The position numbers were made by a program, and so were the translations under genes. A stretch of DNA of 63,699 nucleotides, counting the filler, from Mitosporidium daphniae (taxonomy: Eukaryota), in assembly GCF_000760515.2 (NCBI RefSeq). It is 3 parts of 3 records of this genome, joined end to end, with 100 filler letters (N's around TTAATTAATTAA, not from the genome) between each part and the next. Parts side by side here need not be neighbours in the genome. Positions count along the whole stretch, not along the records: positions 1 to 22,502 come from NW_013546144.1; positions 22,603 to 44,520 come from NW_013546142.1; 1 more part is not named here. The stretch is one strand, 5' to 3'. Shown one piece after another: positions 12,014 through 23,486 of the stretch. Numbering within the stretch: position 1 is the first letter of the stretch; the number at the start of each line of letters is the position of its first letter. The notes beneath the pieces are model-generated. The model saw only the letters and a program-made list of their open reading frames with translations. It did no database searches and was not told the DNA's origin.

Positions 12014-15000
12014 CTATTGACACCGATCGATGGTGGTCAGTAGCTTAGTGCTGGCCTTTCTCATTTCCATAAATAAGAGCTTTGACAATAATACAGTACT
12101 CCAGTACATCAACGAGGGGACTCTTTGTGCTTCTGGCTTTGCCTGAAGGGCCGAAAGAATTTGCCCAATTTTGACTTCAAATGGAGTATCCTAAGTGAGG
12201 GTGGGAGTAAGGAAATGAACACCATACCTGGGTCTGCAGGTTCATAACCTTTTCTCGCCACTTGTAAGCAAACTTTAATACAAGACTCTTCTCTAGTTGT
12301 TCCAGGGAAAAGTTAATCTACACAGTTAGCGTTGGGTGGGGCGTTTTAACTTGGAAATGGATCAATCCTTCTGCGGGGAAAATTTTCAACGAATCCGCAG
12401 GTGACAAAACCAAGGTCATTTTGCATGCATTTGCCAGTGCAGCCGTGGCAGAAATAAGCGACAATCCGCTTTCAATGATGCCGTTCATGCCGCTCAGCGA
12501 AAAAAGCCTAATTGCATCTTTTAATACAACGGGAGGTAAAAGCAAAATTTTAAAGATCATCAGCAGCATTTCGAGCTTTTCGGTGTCAATCATTGTCATT
12601 TTCAAAGAGCCTTTGCCCTCTGATATTGGAAAGAATGCATTTGAAAACGGTGCAAGGGCAAAAGATAAGATTTTAAAGACAATTTGAAATTCCTCAGCCG
12701 AATACAGCGATGCCTGAGGAAGATTTGAGGGCTCAATGATGCTTTTGATAAATGGAAGGTCCAACCGAGGATCACCATGAGCCCACGGAATCAGGGTTAT
12801 TTTCCACGCGTGTAGAAGAACAATAAGCTCGTCTGAGGAGGAATAAATATTTACATACGATATCTGGACCATTAAAGGGGTAACAACAGCAAACCTTCGA
12901 AAGAGGCTCCAGAACCTCAATCCCAAACCGCTCCCATATGCTTGATAATAAAATCAAGCGCCCCAATGCCAAACCTACAGTTTTGATGACAGAGGGGGCA
13001 GGTAAAAGTGGTGACAGCTTCTTATCGGCGTCTTTGGTCGCCTCACTCAGCGCCTGGGGAGGGCAAGGCTTGATGATGTGTGGCAACAGAACAAGGCCCA
13101 ATTCAATTCCAATTCCACCGCCGGCATCAGGAGCAAGGCAATATTGCGGCCAGTGGTTGTGGATTGCCCGAATAAGCTTTCCAAAAAAGCTATTCCATGA
13201 CGAAGTAGGAGCTGGAGGGGAAGGAATACCAGGAGCATTTGCAGAGACGGAGGCTCTATTGTCCATACCGGGATCGAAGCCGTTTCGAAATATTTCGCAT
13301 TCAAAAGGACGAACCTCCTGCAGTATTGGATGTGCCGATTTTAGATGCGGCCTGTAAAGCCCGGCATCTTGGAAAAAAACAGAGGCATTAAGACGGGGCA
13401 ACGAACCTAAAGTAAAGGCGTGTCTAAATTGAGATGCTCAAAATGGCGTACTTGATGTTGGGTGTTTNGGAGATAATGAAAATGCAGTTTTGAAGCTTTT
13501 CGTTGAGTTCCGCATTCTCGATGATACAAATCCGTGCTAAAGAGATGATTTCAACAAGTGGGCTAAATCCACACACAAGCAGACGCAAGTACTAACGTAA
13601 GTAAGCAAGCCGGAATCCTCACTTTGATTGTGCTTATTATGGAAAGCCTTCTAGAGAAGTACCATTTTGTCAACCGAAGTACATGCGCCTTATCAAAGCA
13701 GTGGCCGTCAATTTCAAAAGTTGCAAACGATAAAAGATGCTGCGGAGATGGCCATCTCCACTTCAAAGCCGCCGCGTCTGGAATGATGGAAAGGGCAATT
13801 TTGGGGGTGGGGGTATATTCAGGCGGTATCATGTGGTCAATATACTCATTTGCATGCCAAAGTGGGAAAATAATTGTCGGGTTACTATGGCCTTTCCACG
13901 AGACTTCGATATGCACAAATCCAAGCGCGGAAAGCTCCAGCGCCAGTATGGAAAGATATGCCTGGGAACACCACTGAAATAGAATTCGAGACAAGCCTTC
14001 AAAAGATTCGGCGGAATAAGAGCCGCAAGGGAAAATTGATTTGTAACTGTTGTCGTTAATGCTCGGTGAAATCTAGCATGAAAAGAAAAAAACTACCATC
14101 ACCAGAGGCGGCCCCAAAATATTAACAACAGTCTCCAGTTTGCAGTGGAGGCTTTTTGAGCTCTCCTTGCTGCCAGTTGGGATGGAAAACGAAAACGACG
14201 CGTCAAAAACGAAGGCGGTGCCTTCGTTTTTGGAAAGCTCAATGGAGCAGGGCGCAGTGTCGCCAGTAAAGTCCGAAAATGCTTTGTGCATCATTTTCTT
14301 TACCGAGATGAGGCGAATAAACGGGAAAAAATCGACCGGAGAAAACGAAAAGATCTCATTAGTAGACCGCTCCGAAGATGAACTAAACAACTCGAGAATC
14401 TGCTCAAATTGGACTGCAGATTTCAAGCAGTAGGGCCTAAAAGCTCATTTGGAAGCAGATTACCTTTTCGAAGTAATTACCTGCAAATTGACATGTAAAA
14501 ATTGGGCAACAAACGTCACCTTTATCACGTAAGAATGGCTTGGAGAGATAAAAATATATACAGGATGTGGGGGTGGTTCATTAAGCAAACTTATCAACGG
14601 TAGCATGGTCTCTTTTGAGGGCCACAAAATATTTGGCGACCCCTCTTGTTTGTGGACCGAAATAAACGGATGCTGCAGGGTAGGCTCTTGCCTCAGCTCA
14701 AGTAAAGGGCCAAGCAGAAGGTCTGGATAGGTCTTCTGGAAATACCCGCTCCACAAGGCATATCGTTTCTAGTAAAAACAGCAAATATTCCACCATACTT
14801 TTGGTAACAAACAATAAATGGCCTTGTAAACATCGGAGGCGACATCGGAAAAGTTCTCGCTTTTGCTCGCACAAAAAAACGAATTCGTAGAACTTTCTGG
14901 CAGCAGAAGAAAATGCCCAGTGAAGGGGCAAACTTTGATGGCCACCGTGAGCAGATGATGATCCAAACGAGGGCCAAACTCAAAAAGAGTGCCCGAAATA

Positions 15001-16594
15001 TAACTAGGCTCGCGTGTGCAATCGAGATCCCAGCAAACATTGGGAAGAAACGAACTTTGCTGCGTATCGCCGAGCAAATGTAGTTGGCGATATAGCGTGC
15101 TTAGCATGCTCTTGATACGAAAAGCTATCAATGAGCGGATAAAGAGCGGGGCAGACACATTCAGGTTCAACAATAAAGCGTCGATTTGAGGCAATTCGGA
15201 AGGAGCATCGCCCGGTTTGAAGCAATATTTGTACTGGCTTGATGATGGACCAAAAGTAAAAAGGAGGATCGACAACTCTTCAAAACTTGCATTGGCGTCA
15301 AGCAAAAAGGGGATGTACGACCTGTTTTTCTGTTTTTGAAAGAACGTCTGGTAATAATTAGACAATGAAATCCTTCTGCAGTGCAGCAAAAGATTGAGCA
15401 ACGGCCCTCGCAGAACCTCAAGCGAGGATCCCGTATCTAGCAACGACTGCAGTAAAATAATCAATTCAAAGTAAATATACTCGTCTCCTTCTGATGAAGA
15501 GGTTGCCCCAAGAAAATCTTGCAAAATTCAATCAAAACCTCAAGGGTACCTTTAAGAGTGCCGCCCTCTGAATTGAGCTTTGACAAAAACTTGATGGAAA
15601 GTAATCTCCATTTCTCATCGGCACCTCTAAGAGTCAAGATGACCTCAAAATGTTAACATGTAACTTTGCACTTACCTCGAAGGTATCAAAAAAGTTTAAA
15701 AGAACGCACCCTTGATCGATGCCAATAATCTCATACGAGGGTACGGGCTTTTCTTCACCGCACAAAAGACAATAAAGCTTTTTTCTTATTCGCCCATTAA
15801 CAATGCACAAAAATTTGTCCCTTTTCAGCGCAAAAGATTGGGAGAGCGGCTCATTCCATTTATCCTGTTTATCAGAAGGTGATTTCCAAATTACCAGTCC
15901 ATTAATGGCATCCTGCGAAACATCTGTGGAGGGAAACCTACAATGATCACATCTGGATCGGCCTACCTATAGCCCTTCAAAGAAGCATGAACTATTGCCA
16001 ATTTGTCGGCTGCATCTCTAAATATCAGGCCAAAGGATTGAAGCTCAATAATGACGGCCTATACAGGTTAATGGAGATCCATTGATCACTGTGGCGATGT
16101 TTATCTCGTTGGAGAATTTTGACCACCTGTACGTTGCCAGTAATGCTAAGAACAGCGTGCGAATGGAATGGAAATAGTGCAGCAACATTCTAACCCTGTC
16201 GCCAGCGGCCTGGTGGTGAAGCCTAAAAATAAACACAGCCAGCCTACGAGTCAAGGATCTGCTCAAGTTCCGTGTTTGCATAAAGAATACACCTGGCACT
16301 CAGGTCTTTTAAGGAAATGGTGGCATTTGCGTTTAAATTTATATTTTTCAGTCCCAATTTATGCAAAATTCGATGGGTTTGATCTTTAGGGACTACCGAA
16401 TTGGAGGATTTAGAGTTGCAATAATATCTTTCATCTAGGAATCAGTTTCGGAGAATACCGTCGCCAACAACAGAGGGTGGTGGCGAGGGTGTTGATGAGC
16501 ATGATGGGGGAGAGGGGAGCTGCGGTGGCAGGCTGATGGGGATTTTAATCGTCGTGGTGGGCATGTTAGGAGGGGCTCGCCGATTTTCATTCAT
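12014..16594 (-). CDS. MED14: Mediator subunit Med14 (Rgr1), multi-exon
   Basis: Spliced N-terminus ISLKDLSARCILYANTELEQILDS|LHHQAAGDRVRMLLHYFHSIRTLFLALLATYRWSK, AADKLA, GCVLFKLFDTFE|VILTLRGADEKWRLLSIKF fits the Med14 N-domain; downstream ORF fragments linked by short introns; single-gene extent inferred. Confidence 0.7.
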
Positions 16595-16731
16595 AACAGA
16601 TGGCAGGAACAATTACAAAATAAATTTAAAATAAAATTGTCAAGTAGCCATTTAATTTGGAATATTCTAGTAAATTCTAGCGATCAAATGTTATTTACCA
16701 TCCAATTTTTCAATATCCACACTATTCTCAT

Positions 16732-17790
16732 ATGGGGAAGGACTACTATAAAATTTTGGGGATAACAAGAGGTGCCTCGCCTGAAGAGCTAAAGAAGGCA
16801 TATAAAAAGGCAGCGCTAAAATACCACCCCGACAAAAACAAGGACCCCTCGGCGGAGGATATTTTCAGGGACATTGCCGAGGCATACGATGTTCTTAGTG
16901 ATCCAGAAAAAAAAACCATATACGATGAATACGGAGAAGAAGGACTCAAGGGCGGAATTCCACAATCCTATGCATCCCAGGGCGGGTTTCCAGCCGGATC
17001 GACATTTCATTTTTCGGGATTTCCAGGCCGTCAACCAGGTGGAGGATATGCGTTTACCCAAGACCCGAGAGATATTTTTGCAAATTTGTTTGGAAACTCC
17101 TCGCCCTTTTTCAGTGGCGGCGCGGGTGGAGATGCTGATTTTGAAAGCTTCTTCAGCCAGGCAGGTGCAATGCCATCCTCCACACGAAGAGGTGCCTCCC
17201 AATCCTCCAGAAGGGGGCCCAGCCAGCAATCTGCAGCAGCCTCTTCGCCTCAACAGATAATACATAAAGTTGGTGTTTCTCTTGAAGATTTATTTGCTGG
17301 CGTCACGAAAAAGATGAAAATTAAGCGCCAAATTCAGAACCCTTCTACCAGAGCTGTCACATATGAGGAGAAGATAGTCTCCATTGATATCAAGCCGGGG
17401 TGGAAGGCTGGAACCAAAATAACCTTCCCAAAAGAGGGAGATCAGATTCCTGGAATGACCCCAAGTGATGTTGTGTTCACCATCGAGGAAAAGCCACACG
17501 CGCAATTTAAGAGGGAAGGAAACGACCTTCATCACACTGTAAAAATCTCTCTTTTACAGGCACTCACTGGCGCGATGATTAGTGTTCCAACAATCGAGGG
17601 GCAGCCCCTTGCAGTCAGATTGTCCCCAATTGTCAGGGCTGGAGATACCAAAACCCTTCAAGGATATGGAATGCCCATATCGAAAACGCCCGAGCAGAGA
17701 GGTGCCCTCATATTGAAGTTTGACGTTATTTTCCCCACCGCACTTACAGAAACACAAAAAGAAGCGCTTAAATCGATCCTTCCTCAATAA
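16732..17790 (+). CDS. SIS1: Class II (DNAJB/Sis1-type) Hsp40
   Basis: J domain with HPD, G/F-rich region, [14 protein letters not shown]-terminal domain; intronless. Confidence 0.93.
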   Translation: MGKDYYKILGITRGASPEELKKAYKKAALKYHPDKNKDPSAEDIFRDIAEAYDVLSDPEKKTIYDEYGEEGLKGGIPQSYASQGGFPAGSTFHFSGFPGRQPGGGYAFTQDPRDIFANLFGNSSPFFSGGAGGDADFESFFSQAGAMPSSTRRGASQSSRRGPSQQSAAASSPQQIIHKVGVSLEDLFAGVTKKMKIKRQIQNPSTRAVTYEEKIVSIDIKPGWKAGTKITFPKEGDQIPGMTPSDVVFTIEEKPHAQFKREGNDLHHTVKISLLQALTGAMISVPTIEGQPLAVRLSPIVRAGDTKTLQGYGMPISKTPEQRGALILKFDVIFPTALTETQKEALKSILPQ

Positions 17791-17883
17791 ATAATTATTA
17801 GAGCACTGGAAATGTTTCTTAGGACCTTGCCGTTGCTACATCTTTTACTCGATTCTTTGAATAGCGCCGCCGTTTACGGATGT

Positions 17884-17915
17884 GTTGGGTTGGGTTGGGT
17901 TGGATTGGATTGGAT
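17884..17915 (+). repeat. Pentanucleotide microsatellite (GTTGG/ATTGG)
   Basis: gttgggttgggttgggttggattggattggat between convergent genes. Confidence 0.85.
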
Positions 17916-17960
17916 CAAATGGCAGTTTTAATTAATAAATAAATACAAGAGTCGGGTAAA

Positions 17961-19584
17961 TTATTTGGAAAGTGCTTGAATGGCAGTCTGAAAAGCGCAT
18001 ATTAGTTCTTGACTGGGCCTTTCTAGGGTGACCTGCTTGATTTTCTGGCCGTCGCATCTATGGATTTTTTTCATCATTTCTTTAAAGAAGCGGGCTTCTT
18101 GCGGAACAAGAAGGGTATGGGCAGTTCCAGAATTGCCTGCTCTTGCAGTTCGACCCACTCGATGAATGTACGTCCGGGGATGAGCGGCCGTGTCATAATT
18201 GATGACCAGATCGATCTGGAAAATATCAATTCCTCTAGCAAGACCATCGGAAGAAACAAGTCTATGTGTGAAAAGGGGCAAGGCTCTTACATTTTGATTT
18301 GGCCCTCTTCCAAGCATTTCATCACCTTTTTGCGCTCTTCGTTCCCACGCGACGAGGAAAGATAATCGATCAAAAGCGAAGAGTCCATCTGCTTTAGTAA
18401 TCGATACAACCTATCGACAATTATCACTTAATACACCCTTACCTGTCTGTGGATTGAACCGACTTTGTGAATACAAGAATTTTAGCGGTCGAATTACGCC
18501 GAAGCAAGGAGAGAAAATAAATGGGTTTGTATTCTGCCAAGACTACAGAAAAGTGTTCCTGCAGAGCCAGTGGGGTCTGGAACTTTAGAACGGACTCCAA
18601 TGCGCAAAGTTCGGAAGAAAAAGCGCCTCGAGGCTCAGATGCTATTGAAGAGCTTTCCGTAGCCACACACGCGGACTGATTTTGAGCCGAAATAAAAGAG
18701 CCATTCGGATTGTCTAAATTTGCTTCGCCATTTTTGTGCGCTGCGGTCAGATGTCCTCCTGGAATTAGAGTTACAATCTCCAAGTTTTCAAGCCTCAATT
18801 GAGAAAGCTTGAGCGGGTTTTTGGTGATGGTTGCCGAAAATAAAAGTTTAACGGCCCGTTGCTGCTCAAAATGAAAATTTTCATTTGCAGTTAATTTCTT
18901 GAGAAAAGGCTCCAATTCGGCATGCGGCTTCCATCGCTTTTGGCAATCAGACATGGAGTTTAGAACGGGATTGATCCAATCTTGGAACTGGATGCCATCT
19001 ACAATGCGATCAACTTCATCCAGAATAAGGAATTGCAAGTTAGAAAGATGGAATCCAGGCGTCACATTGAGATGATCCACCAGTCGTCCTGGGGTCGAGA
19101 TAAGGATGTCAACGGGCTGGAAAAGCGAATCCGGCCCCATTTTTCCATCATCGCCACCATACGAAATTGCTCTCTGCTCTTCGCAGAACTTTGATGACGA
19201 ATTTGATCCGCCAGTGACAACAATTGTTCTCAAATCAGAACCTTTGGTAAGCAAAACCGCAATTTTGTATATTTGCATCGCCAAATCACGCGTTGGCGCA
19301 ATAATCAATGCACGGAGTGCCGGAACAATGCGCGAAGAAAGCATCGTCATTATTGGGATGAGATAGGTCAACGTTTTTCCAGAGCCCGTTGGCGCATTGA
19401 CGATAAAATCGTTATTCCTGGCCATGATCATGGGTATCAGATGGGCTTGTACAGGTAGCCAATGCCTAAAAGATAGGTGCGAGAGATTTTCTATAAGCCA
19501 GGGTGGAAGCTTGTTTGGATTGTCGCCAGCGATGAGATGCTCTTGCGAAATAAAATCGGCCTCCTGGATGACGATGGAGTGCAT
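17961..19584 (-). CDS. DBP6: DEAD-box RNA helicase Dbp6/DDX51
   Basis: APTGSGKT, LRALIIAPTRDLAMQ, TPGRLVDHL, DEVD, KLLFSAT, HRVGRTARAG; one short intron near 18411-18442. Confidence 0.88.
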
Positions 19585-19777
19585 TGGGTATTTTTTTGAA
19601 ATTAAATGTTTTTACATTTAAATTAAAGCATGCAACGTCATTTGTGTCTTTGGTAATCAGAAAGGCATCAGTGGTGGTGCCCTTTTGTTTTATTTAGGAA
19701 AACACGGCGAAATTTTAGACTTGCGTCTTCGTTAACCGTTCATCACTGAGATCGTTTGTATCCGTTGTATCGATTTT

Positions 19778-20710
19778 ATGGACGTTGAGCAGATTTCAAA
19801 TCAAGCCTTACCACTTTCCGCAATGAAGGAGACGAAAACTACAGTGCCGGGTTGGATTAGCTTTGTCTCTGGCGGCGTGGGCGGTATCTGTCTCGTCCTT
19901 GTTGGACATCCATTCGACTTGGTAAAGGTCCGTCTTCAGGCCGGAATCCATCAATATGGATCGATGGGAAATGCATTTAACAGTATTGTCACAAAAGACG
20001 GCATTCTGGGTCTCTACCGCGGAATGTTAGCCCCGATCATTGGAGTTACTCCTATTTTCGCAGTAAGCTTTTGGGGATATGCATTTGGAATGAAAATGGT
20101 AACCAGCTTTAATGGAGATCCGCAGACCAAGCCCACATTGGGTCAGATATCCCTTGCTGGGGCCTTTTCAGCCCTTCCAACGACAGCTTTAATGGTGCCG
20201 TTTGAACGGTTGAAAGTTATGGCACAGATACAGGAAGGAACCGCATACAAAGGGCCTGGCTCTATTTTGATATCAATGCTCAGGACCAAAGGAGTTGGTA
20301 ACAGTCTCAAAATGCTGTACAGAGGAACCATGGCAACGCTGGCGAGAGATGCACCTGGAAGTGTAGCCTATTTTGCGACTTATGAGATATTGAAAAAAAA
20401 GCTGTCATCGTCATCGTCGTCGTCCTCATCATCCCTTCCCGTTGCTTCAATACTTGTTGCTGGCGGTCTTGCTGGGATGGCCAACTGGCTTGTAGCAATA
20501 CCTGCAGATGTGATTAAAAGTCGAATCCAAGCTGGATCTGAGGAGTCTGGGACCCAACTATTAAAAGGCATGCTGCAAAAGGAGGGTCCCAGAGCCTTGT
20601 TTAAGGGCCTTGGACCGGCCCTTTTGAGAGCATTCCCAGCAAACGCAGCATGCTTTGCTGGTGTTGAGATATCCACCTCGATGTTTAAAAAGATTGCTTT
20701 GGAAAATTAA
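19778..20710 (+). CDS. CRC1: Mitochondrial carnitine/acylcarnitine carrier (SLC25A20/Crc1-like)
   Basis: Three PX[DE]XX[KR] repeats; GVTPIFAVSFWGY, RDAPGS, RAFPANAACF signatures. Confidence 0.85.
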   Translation: MDVEQISNQALPLSAMKETKTTVPGWISFVSGGVGGICLVLVGHPFDLVKVRLQAGIHQYGSMGNAFNSIVTKDGILGLYRGMLAPIIGVTPIFAVSFWGYAFGMKMVTSFNGDPQTKPTLGQISLAGAFSALPTTALMVPFERLKVMAQIQEGTAYKGPGSILISMLRTKGVGNSLKMLYRGTMATLARDAPGSVAYFATYEILKKKLSSSSSSSSSSLPVASILVAGGLAGMANWLVAIPADVIKSRIQAGSEESGTQLLKGMLQKEGPRALFKGLGPALLRAFPANAACFAGVEISTSMFKKIALEN

Positions 20711-21389
20711 TAAACTTTGACAGTGGTTTAGTCTCGGGAAGTATAAACTCGATCGCTGCAAACTTTGTATCAAAGCCGGCTTTTCAGCCAGTCAATTGAA
20801 ATCGATGTAGTTTCAAATCACCATGTTGCCTAGTGTTTTAACGCTGGCACCCATGCATGTGCCCTGTGGCTACTTTCTAACTCATTTTATTTTATATGCC
20901 GTATCTGGTGAAATGAAAACCCGAGTACAATAAAAACCTAGCCCCATATGATGCGAATATTTCTTGGAGAAGTTTTCCCTTGCCTTGTTCTATCGTACTT
21001 TAATTTGATTAAGCTTCTTTTGAGCTTATTGGGGGGTTTTGTCTAGTTGGCACGTCAAAGTATAGATTCCCCCTTTGCCTTTATCCACATTTTGTGCATA
21101 TATGGGGGGTTTAATATGTTTTCTGATGCTGCACTTTTCCACAAAGCCGTTTTTCATTCCCTTTCTGCGGATGGAATCTCTTTTTGACTTTAGAGATTAT
21201 CATAGTTCTTATCGATAAGACCAAAAATATTATTTGGTAGCTCTCTTGGGATCTCATTCCTGCCTCTTGATAAAAGTTGACCAATCCTTTGTGTGATTTT
21301 TTCACCTCTAATTTACTCTTTTTACCTTTCAGTCCATACTTTCCTGCGGGATTTTTTCACTTTATTCACTCTCAGTCTGCTTGATTTTA

Positions 21390-21441
21390 TTCCTTTTGAT
21401 ATACTTCTATTCGTTCCTTTTGATATACTTCTATTCGTTCC
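21390..21441 (+). repeat. 24-bp perfect tandem duplication
   Basis: TTCCTTTTGATATACTTCTATTCG at 21390-21413 and 21414-21437. Confidence 0.9.
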
Positions 21442-21995
21442 CTTTTTATGGATTGAGCAGAAAACAGCAAAGAAACTATGAAAAGAATATATTTTGCCCA
21501 TACATTTAAATGAGCCGTTTCTTTCATGAAAAACGGAGAACCAAATTTATCGGCATCCAATGGATGTGCCAGAAAGCAAGCACAGCTCCATGTTTATTTT
21601 GAAAATATGTACCCAAACTTAGGGCTAGGGGCGAGAACCTGAAAACTCTACGTTTTGATTCTTTTCACATTCAATTTTTGTTCGCATGTATTTATACCGT
21701 GTCACAAGTTTTCCCATTTCCAATAATTTGGCCCAATAAAAGTTGATCAAAAGATATATGCAGAAACTACTAACGGTGTCTTTTAAAAATCAGGCATTCG
21801 CTTTTATTTTGGCTTTCTGGTGAGGCTTTGGATTCCCACAGACTATTCCACAGAAGGATAGGCTTCATGGACCAGCTATGCATGATCTACATGGAACAAG
21901 AAGCGGAGCTATACTGGACACGTTTCTGTAAAAATCCAAAGAAAACTAATAGCCGGCACACCTTTTGGTAGCGAGTTTGGCGGCGAACTGGCGTT

Positions 21996-22502
21996 TCACC
22001 CAAAATTTGCAGACTTTGTGCTTTTTAGCAGGCTTTTGGACGGCTTTTGATGGGATCTTGAGCTAATGGCAATTTCTGACATTGAAATAAGCGAGTCCAT
22101 AATCAGCTCTTCGATTTTTTTCGAAATCTCGAGCGCCTCCTTTCTCTGGACAAAGACAGCCGGATATCGGATAGAGAGCCAAAGATAAAGATTCAGTGTC
22201 TTGTGCAAGGTTTCATAGTCAAGCAAAGAGCTGTCCCAGATATTTGAGGAAGACATGCAAAGCTTCCCCTCTTTGGGTAAGTCTACATGCATGGGGCAGG
22301 GCTTTCCAGAGGAAATGTGTGACGCATAGAACACAAAACTTTTCATCATTTCTGGATTTTGATGAGAGACTGGCGAACATATTAGAGTGTATTTGTCTCT
22401 CAAAGAGAGGCCAATGCCATCGGTAGCAATTGCCAATTTCTAAATGCGGAAAGTTTTAGCCTGCAAATTGACAAACCTTGGCGCAGTCGATGCATGTAGA
22501 CT
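21996..22502 (-). CDS. SUV3: Mitochondrial RNA helicase Suv3, C-terminal part (5' part lost in gap)
   Basis: LSLRDKYTLICSPV and LLDYETLHKTLNLYLWLSIRYP match the Suv3 C-terminal domain. Confidence 0.75.
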
Positions 22503-22602
22503 NNNNNNNNNNNNNNNNNNNNNNNNNNNNNNNNNNNNNNNNNNNNTTAATTAATTAANNNNNNNNNNNNNNNNNNNNNNNNNNNNNNNNNNNNNNNNNN
22601 NN
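22503..22602. other. Assembly gap with synthetic TTAATTAATTAA six-frame stop linker
   Basis: 100 nt of N flanking TTAATTAATTAA at 22547-22558; genes on both sides are truncated. Confidence 0.95.
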
Positions 22603-23410
22603 TTCCCGTTTCCGCTTTTGTAAAGTGTGCCCAGAAATTTAAGCCGCTATTTAACACTCGCCTCGACACTTCCAGATCTGTGTGCCCCTCTGCAAATCTT
22701 TTCGAAGTGTATCTCAATCAAATCATAACCGGTTTCGAAATCCATTTTTGCTCAACTTTGCCATCAATCCAACTGCTATTGCCGATGATAAAGTCTCTTT
22801 TGGATCTGATATACACCGACTCCTTTGTATTGCAAGGTCGAAAGCCGGAAATCTTCTCCCTTTCTTTTGTGTTTATCGCTTTGTACGCATATTTTACTTT
22901 GCCATCTGAGCTGCATAATTTATGCACCAAAGCTTGCAAGCCAAATTTAGTCACGAAAAGATGGGTTTTGCTTTGTTTTGATGAGATTTCAAATTTTCTC
23001 GTAAAATCCTTTTCCATTCTCAAAGTGCATACCCACCATTTGGATCCCTATCACTTTTTGGTTTATTTACCTTCCTTGCTCAAGTTTGTTCCACTTGTGT
23101 CCTACTGCCTTCTGCATCATGCCATTGCAGCATCTCCCAAAAAGGAATCAAACCCTCGCTCTCGCTATGTTCAAAAATTGAAATGGCCCAAGAATGGGTT
23201 GCCAACCTCTGCTCAAACTCTTCACCTGTTACATTGGTGTCAACTAGATCTTTGGCGACGGGCCCTTCATGTTCTTTCCCACCTGATTATACGCATGTTC
23301 AAATAAGATATTTGCTGCTTAATAACGCCACACTGTCCATCATATCAAATTTTACTATTGCTGGCATTAATTCCCTGGCAAGTTCGTTCAAAGCCAATAT
23401 GACGCTTTAA
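22603..23410 (+). CDS. TFIIB-family factor, BRF2-like, C-terminal part (5' lost in gap)
   Basis: Second cyclin-fold motif LLDLIYTDSFVLQGRKPEIFSLSFVFIAL followed by DEISNFLVKSFSIL...LD...LPSLLKF; frame open from gap to 23306; 3' end uncertain. Confidence 0.5.
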
Positions 23411-23486
23411 GGCTTCTGAAGTTGGCATCAAAGGAGAACTGTGTTCCAAATTTAGCCCTGAAATTTTTATTCCTTAATAAGCGGTT

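Noticed and set aside
21495..21550. GSPFFMKKE / NGSFKC as a Ty3/gypsy reverse transcriptase motif
   Set aside because: Needs a frameshift, and no DYR.LN or YxDD motif or LTRs follow
22547..22558. TTAATTAATTAA palindrome as a biological site (also 44565-44576)
   Set aside because: Centred in identical 100-nt N blocks; an artificial six-frame stop linker, so adjacency across the gaps is unproven
22718..23023. Minus-strand ORF as the N-terminal part of SUV3
   Set aside because: No helicase motifs; the plus-strand frame carries the TFIIB-family signature
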